NCBI GenBank assembly: GCA_046153865.1
Contig: JBJXFA010000068.1
Span: forward strand, 16,557 to 80,556
Length of the DNA stretch: 64,000 nt
From: Sphingomonadaceae bacterium
GTDB lineage: Bacteria > Pseudomonadota > Alphaproteobacteria > Sphingomonadales > Sphingomonadaceae
Reading direction: 5' to 3'
Part shown: piece after piece, positions 1 to 9,135 of the stretch
Layout: each line of letters begins with the position of its first letter
How positions within the stretch are numbered: position 1 is the first letter of the stretch
Translations under genes and position numbers: made by a program
The notes under the pieces: model-generated
Seen by the model: only the letters and a program-made list of their open reading frames with translations
Told to the model about the DNA's origin: nothing
Databases searched by the model: none

Positions 1-1
1 C

Positions 2-961
2 CGTCCGCCCGCCGACCTCACGCCGGGGTTCGACTACAAGGCATGGACCACCAGTTTCGACGAGGTGATCGCCGCCGACGAATTGTGCGATCCCGAGGAA
101 CTGTTCCGGCTGCGCCAGTATCTCGATCAGCAGCTCGTTCATCTGCAGGGCGCGGTCACCAAGCTCGCCAATCGCCTGCAGCGCCGCCTGATGGCGCAGC
201 AGAACCGTAGCTGGGATTTCGATCAGGAGGAGGGCATGCTCGATGCCGCGCGGCTGGCGCGGGTCATCGTTTCGCCGGGCCATTCGCTGAGTTACAAGAG
301 CGAGCGCGAAACCGATTTCAAGGATACCGTGGTCAGCCTGCTGATCGACAATTCGGGCTCGATGCGCGGGCGGCCCATCTCGATCGCGGCGATCTCGGCC
401 GATATTCTCGCGCGCACGCTCGAACGCTGCGGCGTAAAGACCGAAATTCTCGGGTTCACCACGCGGGCATGGAAAGGTGGGCAGGCGCGCGAGACGTGGC
501 TCGCGGCGGGGCGTCCGCAATTGCCGGGTCGGCTCAACGATCTGCGCCACATCGTTTACAAGAGCGCCGATGCGCCGTGGCGACGGGCGCGGACCTCGCT
601 CGGCCTGATGATGCGCGAGGGGCTGCTGAAGGAGAATATCGACGGCGAGGCGCTGCTCTGGGCGCACGGTCGGCTGTTGGCGCGCGCTGAAGATCGCAAG
701 ATCCTGATGGTAATTTCGGATGGTGCGCCGGTCGATGATTCGACGTTGAGCGTGAACTCGGGGAGCTATCTCGAAAAGCATCTCCGCCAGGTGATCGGCT
801 GGATCGAGACGCGCTCGCCGGTCCAGCTCGTGGCGATCGGCATCGGGCACGACGTGACGCGCTACTATGCCAAGGCCGTGACGATCATGGACGCCGACCA
901 GTTGGGCGGCACGATGGTCGAGCAGCTGGCGGGGTTGTTCGATCTGGAGCGAGGCGCGTAG
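2..961 (+). CDS. cobT: Cobaltochelatase subunit CobT, C-terminal VWA part (5' truncated by window edge)
   Basis: Open frame from base 2; motifs [35 protein letters not shown] typical of CobT. Confidence 0.93.
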   Translation, partial: RPPADLTPGFDYKAWTTSFDEVIAADELCDPEELFRLRQYLDQQLVHLQGAVTKLANRLQRRLMAQQNRSWDFDQEEGMLDAARLARVIVSPGHSLSYKSERETDFKDTVVSLLIDNSGSMRGRPISIAAISADILARTLERCGVKTEILGFTTRAWKGGQARETWLAAGRPQLPGRLNDLRHIVYKSADAPWRRARTSLGLMMREGLLKENIDGEALLWAHGRLLARAEDRKILMVISDGAPVDDSTLSVNSGSYLEKHLRQVIGWIETRSPVQLVAIGIGHDVTRYYAKAVTIMDADQLGGTMVEQLAGLFDLERGA

Positions 962-1054
962 CGCAGCAGCGCGCCGGTCCCGGCGAAAGCCGGGACGCCA
1001 ACGGGCGGCCAGCCTCGTGCAAGCGAGGACTGACGACGCGGCTTTGCCGCGGCG
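959..1054. repeat. Left copy of ~95-bp imperfect inverted repeat (REP/MITE-like), starting at the cobT TAG
   Basis: Reverse complement of 2707-2798 aligns along its length, including a perfect 29-bp AGGACTGACGACGCGGCTTTGCCGCGGCG; internal hairpin CCCGGC-GAAA-GCCGGG. Confidence 0.85.
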
Positions 1055-1070
1055 GATCGTCTTACTTGGG

Positions 1071-1095
1071 AATTAGGTTCAGTGTCCCCGCAACT
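1071..1095. repeat. 25-bp AATT...GTCCCCG motif, copy 1
   Basis: AATTAGGTTCAGTGTCCCCGCAACT; 19/25 identical to the reverse complement of 2429-2453; weaker direct copy at 1161-1185. Confidence 0.7.
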
Positions 1096-1160
1096 CGATG
1101 GCAGTGCTCGATATCCTGCGCGAGATGTTCGAGGTGTAAGACATTCAGGGTGCGTGTTAA

Positions 1161-1185
1161 AATTGCATATTCGGTCCCCGGAGTT
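1161..1185. repeat. 25-bp AATT...GTCCCCG motif, degenerate copy 2
   Basis: AATTGCATATTCGGTCCCCGGAGTT; same AATT-to-GTCCCCG spacing as copy 1. Confidence 0.5.
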
Positions 1186-1300
1186 CGTGTCGATCCGGAT
1201 GTACCGGTTGCTTGAGAATTAAAAACCGTCACTATTTACTTCGACTCTATTTTCATTACGATCGCGAACCGGTTATCCGACTGGCTAGGAGAGTACGAAA

Positions 1301-2380
1301 ATGGAACGATGTGTATTGACATTTTCATTGTCACTATTCTGTCTCAATTCGACGGCTCTCGCTCAGGAAGCATGCTCGGGAGTAATCGCACTTTCACGAT
1401 TGCAGGCAACTTCGAGTTCAAATGCAAGCGAAGTTCAGAGCAATGCTCAAAGCTTCTGCAATGATTACAAGTCTTATAGGGGCTCAAACAATTCAATGAA
1501 TTTCGGAGCCAGCTACAAGTTTCTCTCAGCATCATTCGGGTCCTCGTCAGCGTCTGTCGATGAAGTTGCTAGTCGATATTGCTCTGCTTCAGACAACTAT
1601 TCGGCAAAGGCAAACGCTTATGACAGCTACGTCGAAACGATTGCACCAGGAGCGTTCGATGCATATAAGTCATGTGTCGAAGGCAATAAGCATATTGTTT
1701 TCAAGCCACTCGCGGTATTAGCCGATGATTTCAAGATGGCTGTTACTTTCCAGGAACCAGGCAACAAAGTTGCGGTTTTGAGGGCAGCTGTCTCAAAGGG
1801 ACTGAGCTGTACTTGGAACGGAAAGGCAGTGGAAGCGATTACGATCCCTTCGCCAAACACCGCCACCCTAAGCTGTCGGAGAGATAAGACTGACGTAAAA
1901 TCGTCCGTGGTAATCGCGCGTGAAAACGGACCTGAAAGCGTAGGGCTGCCGTGGCAGGCCTACACTAAAGAGGGAGTCCCGGTCGACTTGATTGCACAGT
2001 TGCGTCAAGAACTGGCGACGGCCAATTCTCAAATTGAAGCAGCGAACCGTGAATTGAAGAAAATACAGTTTGAGAACGGCGTAATCGCCATTGCGGCATC
2101 TCCTGGAAGCAGGCCATTGAATGATCAAACGCAATGTCCGACAAATGCTGGAGCAAATCGTGGCTTGATCCAACATAGAGTGAATTTCGCGCAAAAGTTT
2201 AATCAAATCCCCGTTGTCAGTTTGAGTATAAGTCATATTGATGTCTATAACGATAGACCGATCCGATTGGCCGCAACAATTGCAGCAATTGACCAAAGTG
2301 GATTTAACATAAACTTTAATACCTGGTGTGATACGTGGATCGCTGGTGCTACAGCCTCTTGGGTTGCATTAGCTCGCTAG
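1301..2380 (+). CDS. Secreted protein with coiled coil and C-terminal H-type lectin-like domain
   Basis: Signal peptide (..STALA/QEAC), heptad segment LIAQLRQELATANSQIEAANRELKK, C-terminal VNFAQKFNQIPVVSLSISHIDV..RLAATIAAIDQSGFNINFNTWCDTWI..ASWVA pattern of H-type lectins; visibly AT-richer than flanks. Confidence 0.7.
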   Translation: MERCVLTFSLSLFCLNSTALAQEACSGVIALSRLQATSSSNASEVQSNAQSFCNDYKSYRGSNNSMNFGASYKFLSASFGSSSASVDEVASRYCSASDNYSAKANAYDSYVETIAPGAFDAYKSCVEGNKHIVFKPLAVLADDFKMAVTFQEPGNKVAVLRAAVSKGLSCTWNGKAVEAITIPSPNTATLSCRRDKTDVKSSVVIARENGPESVGLPWQAYTKEGVPVDLIAQLRQELATANSQIEAANRELKKIQFENGVIAIAASPGSRPLNDQTQCPTNAGANRGLIQHRVNFAQKFNQIPVVSLSISHIDVYNDRPIRLAATIAAIDQSGFNINFNTWCDTWIAGATASWVALAR

Positions 2381-2428
2381 TATCTATGTTTTTCAACGAG
2401 CACGACGGTGGCGGTGATGCAATACTCG

Positions 2429-2453
2429 AATTCCGGGGACACAATACCTAACT
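2429..2453. repeat. 25-bp motif, inverted copy 3
   Basis: AATTCCGGGGACACAATACCTAACT, inverted relative to 1071-1095. Confidence 0.7.
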
Positions 2454-2706
2454 CTCGTCAGCGCGCCTGCGATCAGCGTGCGCAGGTCTCGCGCCAAGAC
2501 GCTAAGACGCGAAGGCCTAAGTAGATGACGGTCGAGTGTGCATCAAGCAAGACTCTTCGCGCCCTTCGCACGAGCCCCCACTCCCCCTTGACAAAAAGAA
2601 CCATATAGGCCAAACGCCGCACCGTTCGCACGCACGAGTGGCAGTCGACTGAAGGCCTTCTTCATACGCGTTGGTGTCAACTTCGTGTCAACTTAGCGTG
2701 GCGGGT

Positions 2707-2798
2707 CGCCGCGGCAAAGCCGCGTCGTCAGTCCTGCGGCGCAGGCTGGCCGGGCGTTCGCATCCCGGCTTTGCCGGGACCGGCGGGCTGCTTCGCTA
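2707..2798. repeat. Right copy of ~95-bp inverted repeat, ending at the hlyC/corC TAG
   Basis: Reverse complement matches 959-1054; both copies begin TAGCG(C/A)AGCAGC. Confidence 0.85.
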
Positions 2799-4109
2799 CC
2801 CGCCTTGCTCCGCCACCAGCAATTTATCAATCTTGCGCCCGTCCATGTCGACAATGTCGAAGCGGTGCCCGGCCAGCGTGAAATGGTCGCCGACCTTGGG
2901 CAGCCGCCGCATCTCGGCAAGCGCCAGCCCCGCGACGGTCGCATAGTCGCGGTCCTCGGGCAGGTCGATGCACAGCCGCGCCGCCAGCGTGTCGGCGGGG
3001 AGCCAGCCCGACACGAGCAGGCTGCCGTCGTCGCGCTCGACGAGCGGCGGGTCGCTCTCGACATCGAGGTCGGACACGAAGTCGCCGGTGATCGCCGCGA
3101 GCAGGTCGGCAGGCGTCACGATCCCCTCGAGATGGCCATATTCGTCATGCACCAGCGCCACCGGCACGGGCGCGCGCCGCAGCGCCTCGAGCGCGTCCAT
3201 CGCGTCGACCTGGTCGGGCACGATCGGCGGCGCTTTCATCAGCGCGCGCAGGTCGATGGGCACCCCGGCAATCAGCTTGGCGACGATGTCGCGCGCCTGC
3301 ACGACGCCGATCACCGCATCGATGCTGCCCTCGGCCACGAGCATCCGGCTGTGCGGCAGCTCGCGCAGCACGGCGCGCAGGGCGTCTTCATCGGCATCGG
3401 CATCGATCCAGTCGATCTCGGTGCGCGGCGTCATCACTTCGCGCACCGGCCGGTCGGCAAGCCGCACCACGCCCGAGATGATCGCGCGCTCGCTTTCCTC
3501 GATCACGCCCGATTTGGACGCCTCGGCAACGATCAGGTGCAGCTCCTCGGCAGTGACATGCGCCTCCGATTCGCGATTGAGCCCAAGCACCCGGAAGATG
3601 AGCGCGCTCGTCGCGTCGAGCAGCCACACGAGCGGTGCCGTCGCGACCGCGAGCAACAGCATCGGCCGCGCCATGACGACCGCGATCGCCTCGGGCGCGC
3701 GCAGTGCGAACTGCTTGGGCACGAGCTCGCCGATCACGAGCGAGAGATAGGTCGTGATCGCGATGACGACAGCAAAGCCGATCTCGTCCGAAAGCTCGGC
3801 GGGCACGCCGAGCCGCGCGAGCCGATCGCCGACCGGGCCGCCCAGGCTCGCTCCCGAATAGGCCCCGGCAATGATGCCGATCAGCGTGATCCCGATCTGG
3901 ACGGTCGACAGGAAGCGCCCCGGATCGGCCGCCAGATCGATCGCAATCTGCGCGCCGCTGCGCTTCTTGCGGGCAAGCGCTTCAAGGCGCGGCTTGCGTG
4001 ATGAAATGATCGCCAGTTCGGACATGGCAAACACGCCGTTGAGCGCCACGAGCGCGAGGATGATCGCGACGTCGGTCCATGGGAATGGCAGAAGGACGGG
4101 GGTGGCCAT
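2796..4109 (-). CDS. HlyC/CorC (CNNM-CBS-CorC) family transporter
   Basis: NGVFAMSELAIISSRK, STVQIGIT, GELVPKQFAL, CBS pair, DEYG motif, C-terminal CorC domain. Confidence 0.92.
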   Translation of the reverse strand: MATPVLLPFPWTDVAIILALVALNGVFAMSELAIISSRKPRLEALARKKRSGAQIAIDLAADPGRFLSTVQIGITLIGIIAGAYSGASLGGPVGDRLARLGVPAELSDEIGFAVVIAITTYLSLVIGELVPKQFALRAPEAIAVVMARPMLLLAVATAPLVWLLDATSALIFRVLGLNRESEAHVTAEELHLIVAEASKSGVIEESERAIISGVVRLADRPVREVMTPRTEIDWIDADADEDALRAVLRELPHSRMLVAEGSIDAVIGVVQARDIVAKLIAGVPIDLRALMKAPPIVPDQVDAMDALEALRRAPVPVALVHDEYGHLEGIVTPADLLAAITGDFVSDLDVESDPPLVERDDGSLLVSGWLPADTLAARLCIDLPEDRDYATVAGLALAEMRRLPKVGDHFTLAGHRFDIVDMDGRKIDKLLVAEQGG

Positions 4110-4159
4110 TGCGAAGCCGCACTAGTGCCGACTTTTCGGCGTCGGCACAACCGCCGTCG

Positions 4160-4612
4160 TCAGCGTCGCACGGCGAAGAACGCCTGTAACAGCGCAGACG
4201 CTTCGCCCTCGCCCAGTCCGCTCGTCACTTCGGGGCGATGATGACACGTCGCCTGTGCAAACACACGCGCGCCGTGCTCGACCCCGCCGCCCTTGGGATC
4301 GCTCGCGGCGTAGAACAGCCGGTCGATCCGTGCGTGCGCGATCGCCCCGGCGCACATCGCGCACGGTTCAAGCGTGACCCACAGGTCGCAACCGGTCAGC
4401 CGGTCGTTGCCGATCGCTAGACATGCTGCCCGGATCGCGACGATTTCGGCATGGGCGGTCGGATCGCACCCAGTCCGCGTGGCGTTGGCCCCCGTGCCGA
4501 TCACCACGCCATCGCGCACGACGATCGCGCCGACGGGCACTTCGCCGCCTTGCGCAGCCGTCGCCGCAAGGTCGAGCGCCTGGCGCATCGGCTGGGGAAG
4601 CGGGAAAATCAT
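4160..4612 (-). CDS. tadA: tRNA adenosine(34) deaminase / nucleoside deaminase
   Basis: EVPVGA, HAE, TLEPCAMC zinc motifs. Confidence 0.9.
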   Translation of the reverse strand: MIFPLPQPMRQALDLAATAAQGGEVPVGAIVVRDGVVIGTGANATRTGCDPTAHAEIVAIRAACLAIGNDRLTGCDLWVTLEPCAMCAGAIAHARIDRLFYAASDPKGGGVEHGARVFAQATCHHRPEVTSGLGEGEASALLQAFFAVRR

Positions 4613-4663
4613 CCCGCTTCCTTGCGCCTCACGCCCGCGGGCGCAATCCTGCTCGCAACCGCA

Positions 4664-4924
4664 TTACTTGGCCTGGCCGACTTCCACGTTGGGAAGCTGG
4701 ACGGTTTCCTTGCGCGTTTCCACGGTTGGAACGTCGATCGTGGTGTTTGTCGTGGTGATATCGACGTCGGCGGTCTTGACGTCGAATTCAGGCAAATTGC
4801 CGCCGTCGGCACGGATCTCGGGCAGCGCGCCCTCGCGCGTCTGATCGATATCGACCACGCCGAAAGCGAATGCCGCGATCAGTGCGGCAACGGCAACGAG
4901 AACAATGGCAATGACTGGACGCAT
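4664..4924 (-). CDS. Small exported/membrane-anchored hypothetical protein (86 aa)
   Basis: ATG at 4924 gives MRPVIAIVLVAVAALIAAFAFG TM segment then beta-rich D/T/V tail. Confidence 0.7.
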   Translation of the reverse strand: MRPVIAIVLVAVAALIAAFAFGVVDIDQTREGALPEIRADGGNLPEFDVKTADVDITTTNTTIDVPTVETRKETVQLPNVEVGQAK

Positions 4925-5058
4925 GGTATGAAACTCCGGTTGGATCGGATGTGGCAACCGCTGAACCACACGGATTGTTTCACGATGTTGACGCAACCGG
5001 TGTTTCACGCTAGGCGCGCCTCCTTTCGGAAGCCCCGTATTTCAGGACACATGAAGCG

Positions 5059-5346
5059 ATGTCGCGTATTTGCGAACTGACCGGTAAAGGTCGCCAGGTT
5101 GGCCATAATGTAAGCCACGCCAACAACAAGACCAAGCGCACGTTTCTGCCCAATCTGCAGAATGTGACGCTGATGTCCGACGCGCTGGGCGAATCGGTAA
5201 AGCTGCGCGTGTCGACGCATGGTCTGCGCTCGGTCGAGCATGTTGGCGGGCTGGATAACTGGCTTTCGAAGACCAGCGAAGAAAAGCTGAGCCTGAAAGC
5301 GCGCCGCCTCAAGCGCGCGATCGCCAAAAAGGCGATTGCCGCTTAA
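5059..5346 (+). CDS. rpmB: 50S ribosomal protein L28
   Basis: [34 protein letters not shown]. Confidence 0.97.
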   Translation: MSRICELTGKGRQVGHNVSHANNKTKRTFLPNLQNVTLMSDALGESVKLRVSTHGLRSVEHVGGLDNWLSKTSEEKLSLKARRLKRAIAKKAIAA

Positions 5347-6323
5347 TCGAGCGCGAATTTGAGCAGCAGCGTGCGCTGCCAGCGCATGAAATTGTCGTCC
5401 GAAGCGAGCCAGACGTGGGGCTTGCCGCCTTCAGTCGTAACGGCAATGCCTTCGAAATTGTCCGCGATCAGCGGCGGGGCCAGCGTCGCTATCGTCCGAC
5501 CCTTGAGGATGCGCCCAGCGACAAGTGGGCCATTGTCGATCAGCACGAGCTTGGACGTGAATAGCGCGATCGGTGTGAACCGCCGGTTCAGCACGATGAG
5601 CCGCCCGTCGGGCAATTGCGCCACATCGGTGGGGCTGTAGCCTTTGGGGGGCCGATAGCGCAGGCGCAGCGCGCGTGCGGCGGGATCGGTCGGGTCGCGG
5701 TCAAACAGCACGGCAGGGCGCTCTGGGCCGTCGTCGGGATAGCCTTCGGCAATGGCGAGGAAAGTGCCGTCCGCCAGCGCAACAAGCGATTCAGCTCCGC
5801 GTTTGACCCACCAACCGGCCATGGCGCGCGGCCGCGCGACTGATTCGCCGCGTTTAAGGTCGGCGTCGGTGCGGCAGATGACATTGCGCCATTCAAACCC
5901 GATCCACCAATGTCGGCGCGCCGCATCGCGGGTCAGCGACTCGGTGTCGCCATCGAACTTCTCGATCCTTTTGCCGCACCCTTCGGGCACCGGATCGATC
6001 CGCGCGTCCGAGACATTGCCGAAGCGCCCCAGCCGGAAACGGACGATCGCGCCGATGTCACTGATTGCGGTCACGCGATTGCCATCGACGTCGAGCGACG
6101 ACAGCCCGCCGAATGCACGCGTGTCGCTCGTCAGGTGCCAGCCGCTCACGAAGCGCAGCGCACCGGTCCGTATGTGCGCCGCGTCCGATCCGTCGAGGAT
6201 GACCGGCGCACTCGCGATCCGGATCGCGAGCGGCGCGAGCGGGCTCACCAGCCCCGGCGTCGACGCACTGAGGCATTGGCCGAGCAACAGCGGGAACAAC
6301 AGGGCGAACGGGCGACGCAGCAT
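5343..6323 (-). CDS. Esterase-like activity of phytase family protein
   Basis: Signal peptide, FGGLS, D.ESL, DNFEGIA, SDDNF motifs. Confidence 0.8.
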   Translation of the reverse strand: MLRRPFALLFPLLLGQCLSASTPGLVSPLAPLAIRIASAPVILDGSDAAHIRTGALRFVSGWHLTSDTRAFGGLSSLDVDGNRVTAISDIGAIVRFRLGRFGNVSDARIDPVPEGCGKRIEKFDGDTESLTRDAARRHWWIGFEWRNVICRTDADLKRGESVARPRAMAGWWVKRGAESLVALADGTFLAIAEGYPDDGPERPAVLFDRDPTDPAARALRLRYRPPKGYSPTDVAQLPDGRLIVLNRRFTPIALFTSKLVLIDNGPLVAGRILKGRTIATLAPPLIADNFEGIAVTTEGGKPHVWLASDDNFMRWQRTLLLKFALD

Positions 6324-6440
6324 CGCCGCTGCGCTTAGCCGCCAAGCTGAACCTTGGCTAACGCGCGCGTTCAGACCCGTGCCACGCGACTCGCGCTAAT
6401 CCGTCGGTGTCGCTTCAAGATGAGTTGAGAAAGGGTCACG

Positions 6441-6818
6441 ATGTTCAGGAAGATCATGAGTGCCGCCGTCGTCGCCAGCGTTGCGTTGACTGGTTTGGCC
6501 GCCACGCCCGCAAGTGCCGAGCGCTATGACCGCGGCGGCTATTATGAACGCAGCTATGATTATCGCGACGCGCGCGATTATCGTTACGATCGCCGCGACT
6601 ATCGCGATCGCCGCGACTATCGCGAGTATCAGCGCTGTCGCCGTTCGAGCGGAACGACGGGCGCGATCATCGGCGCGGTCGCCGGTGGCCTGCTCGGTCG
6701 CGAGATCGGGCGTGGAGGGCGCTTTAACGAGCCGAGCACGACCGGTCTGCTGATCGGTGCCGGTGCCGGTGCGCTCGCCGGTCGCGAGATCGACAAGAGC
6801 TCGCGCTGTAACCGCTAA
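6441..6818 (+). CDS. Glycine-zipper 2TM domain protein with Y/R/D-rich repeats
   Basis: Signal peptide, YDYRD/RDYRD repeats, TTGAIIGAVAGGLLG glycine zipper. Confidence 0.8.
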   Translation: MFRKIMSAAVVASVALTGLAATPASAERYDRGGYYERSYDYRDARDYRYDRRDYRDRRDYREYQRCRRSSGTTGAIIGAVAGGLLGREIGRGGRFNEPSTTGLLIGAGAGALAGREIDKSSRCNR

Positions 6819-6844
6819 AATCCCTCGGGTCGCGTTCAGAGGGT

Positions 6845-6885
6845 GCGGGGTCGGTCGTCCATGCGGATGACCGGCCCCGCTTTTT
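6845..6885 (+). terminator. Rho-independent terminator
   Basis: GCGGGGTCGGTCGTCC-ATGC-GGATGACCGGCCCCGC hairpin followed by TTTTT. Confidence 0.75.
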
Positions 6886-6927
6886 GCATGCTGGCGCAAT
6901 GCGTTCGTCAGCGATAACGCGTCAGCA

Positions 6928-9135
6928 ATGGTGGCTGCGCGCACGACAGGGATAACACGGCGTGGGCTGCTGATCGCGGGCGGCACGGGGGTGGGTCTGC
7001 TGGTCGCCTGGCAGCTCTGGCCGCGGGTCCGCCTGCCGGGGCTTAATGCAGCGCCGGGCGAGCATATCCTCGGCGCGTTTTTGAAGGTCGGCGTAGACGG
7101 GCATGTTACTGTCGTCGCCCCGCAGGTCGAAATGGGGCAAGGTGTTTATACGACCTTGCCGCAGATCGTGGCGGACGAGCTCGGCGCGGACTGGCGCACC
7201 GTCGCCGTCGAGGCCGCACCGGTGAACCCCGATTATGGTAATGCGCTGCTTGCCGAGGAATGGCGGGCAGACCGCTCCATAGTTGCAGCACTCAATAGCG
7301 GATCGCTGCAGGCGACCGGCGGATCGACCTCGGTGCGCGGCTATGAAGCGCGTCTGCGCGATGCCGGAGCGATGGCGCGGGCCTTGCTGTGCATGGCGGC
7401 AGCACAGCGCTGGGACGCCGATTGGCGGGCGTGCGACACTGCCGAGGGCTTCGTCGTGCGCGGGGAGGACCGGCTGCGCTTTGGCGAGGTCGCGGCCGAA
7501 GCGGCGCGCCTCACGCCGCCCGATGACATCGCATGGCGCACGGGCACCGGGAACCGCCTCACCGGCGTGTCGCTGCCGCGCCTCGATCTTCCCTCGAAAG
7601 TCGATGGCTCGGCCAATTATGCAGGCGATGTCCGGCTGCCGGACATGGTTTATGCCGCGATCGCCCAAGGACCGTCGGGCGACGCGCGGGTCAAGGCGAT
7701 CGACAAGGCGGCGGGCGAACGCGTCACGGGGGTGATCGCGATTGAGCAGACCGAGCGCTGGGTGGCTGCGGTCGCGACCAACTGGTGGGCGGCGTCGCGC
7801 GCCATCGATGCGATGCGCCCGCGCTTTGCGGTGCGCGGCGGTTTGCGCAATCTCCGCGAGATCGACCGGGCGCTCGATGCCGCGTTTGCTGAAGGCTATC
7901 GGATTTCGTCGTCCGGCGACGTCGGCGCGGCATTTGCAGGTGCCACCATCGTGACCGCCGAGTATCGCACGGGACTTGCCCCGCATGCCGCAATCGAACC
8001 GCTCGCGGCAACCGCGATGCTGGAGAACGGACGCCTGCAGCTGTGGATCGGGACACAGGTGCCCGGGCTCGCAGTCGCTGAGGCGGCGCGCGCCACTGGC
8101 CTTGCGACCAGCGCCATTACGGTGCATCCGATGCTGATCGGCGGATCGTTCGGGCGGCGCTACGAGGTCGAAATCGCGGGGCAGATCGCGGTGCTGGCGC
8201 AGCGCCTGAAGCGCCCCGTTCAGCTCGTCTGGAGCCGCGCAGAAGACATGCGGCAGGACCGGTTTCGCCCGGCAACGGCGGTCAGGCTGGCGGCCCGGCT
8301 CGGGTCGGGAGGGCAGATCACCGGCTGGCTCGCTAAGGTTGCAGCCCCTGCCACACAGGCCGAACTCGAAGCGCGCATCCGCAGCGGCGCGCATGCCGAT
8401 GCCGCGATGCGCGAAGCGTTTGGCAGGCGATCGCCCGCAGCCGTGGCAGGCGCGCTGCCGCCCTACACCTTCCCGAATGTGGCGATCGACCATCATCCCG
8501 CGCGCATCGGCATCCCCACGGGTGACTGGCGCGGGCGCGCGCATGTTTGCAATGCGTTCGCCACCGAAGCCTTTATCGATGAGCTGGCGAGCGTCAGCGG
8601 AATTGATCCGTTTTCGTTTCGCATGGGTTTGCTCGGCGGCAATCCGCGTCTGGCGCAGTGCCTTTCGAAAGCCGCGGCGCTCGGGGGGTGGCAGGGGGGC
8701 AGCGCGGGCAGCGGGCAGGGGCTCGCCTGTCACACAATGGCGGACAGCTACATCGCCGTGCTTGCGCAAGCCGAGCGCGGCCCTGATGGACGCGTGCGCG
8801 TGTCCCGGCTCGTTGCGGTCGTCGATTGCGGGCGGATCATCAACCCCGGTGTCGTTCGCCAGCAGATCGCGGGCGGGCTCATCTTTGGCATGGCCGCGGC
8901 CACGGGCGCACGCGTCGAAGTGTCGCGCGGGCAGGTCGGGCCGACCCGGCTCGGCGCGCTGAACCTGCCGCGCCTTGCGGACGCCCCACAGATCACGATC
9001 GAGCTGATCCGCAGCACGGCCGCGCCCGGCGGCGTGAGCGAACTCGCGGTTCCGCCGGTCGCGCCGGCCATCGCCAATGCACTCTACACAAATGGTGGTC
9101 AGCGCGTCCGTTCGCTGCCAATGAGCGCGCTGTGA
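6928..9135 (+). CDS. Xanthine dehydrogenase-family molybdopterin subunit (IorB-like)
   Basis: TRRGLL Tat motif, EMGQG, TGGSTS, GGSFGRR, GGVSE..VPPVAPAIANA. Confidence 0.88.
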   Translation: MVAARTTGITRRGLLIAGGTGVGLLVAWQLWPRVRLPGLNAAPGEHILGAFLKVGVDGHVTVVAPQVEMGQGVYTTLPQIVADELGADWRTVAVEAAPVNPDYGNALLAEEWRADRSIVAALNSGSLQATGGSTSVRGYEARLRDAGAMARALLCMAAAQRWDADWRACDTAEGFVVRGEDRLRFGEVAAEAARLTPPDDIAWRTGTGNRLTGVSLPRLDLPSKVDGSANYAGDVRLPDMVYAAIAQGPSGDARVKAIDKAAGERVTGVIAIEQTERWVAAVATNWWAASRAIDAMRPRFAVRGGLRNLREIDRALDAAFAEGYRISSSGDVGAAFAGATIVTAEYRTGLAPHAAIEPLAATAMLENGRLQLWIGTQVPGLAVAEAARATGLATSAITVHPMLIGGSFGRRYEVEIAGQIAVLAQRLKRPVQLVWSRAEDMRQDRFRPATAVRLAARLGSGGQITGWLAKVAAPATQAELEARIRSGAHADAAMREAFGRRSPAAVAGALPPYTFPNVAIDHHPARIGIPTGDWRGRAHVCNAFATEAFIDELASVSGIDPFSFRMGLLGGNPRLAQCLSKAAALGGWQGGSAGSGQGLACHTMADSYIAVLAQAERGPDGRVRVSRLVAVVDCGRIINPGVVRQQIAGGLIFGMAAATGARVEVSRGQVGPTRLGALNLPRLADAPQITIELIRSTAAPGGVSELAVPPVAPAIANALYTNGGQRVRSLPMSAL

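Noticed and set aside
959-2798. CRISPR array or integron attC array
   Set aside because: Repeats are inverted or too few and degenerate; no regular spacers, cas genes or integrase
6540-6640. Tandem YDYRD/RDYRD-coding repeats
   Set aside because: Ordinary low-complexity region of a common glycine-zipper protein family
6922-8769. Long antisense or alternate-frame ORFs (also 12350-13972, 14873-16462, 18449-20293, 20238-21881, 47902-49791, 59007-60476)
   Set aside because: Shadow ORFs of well-supported genes in high-GC DNA; Arg/Ala-rich with no family motifs
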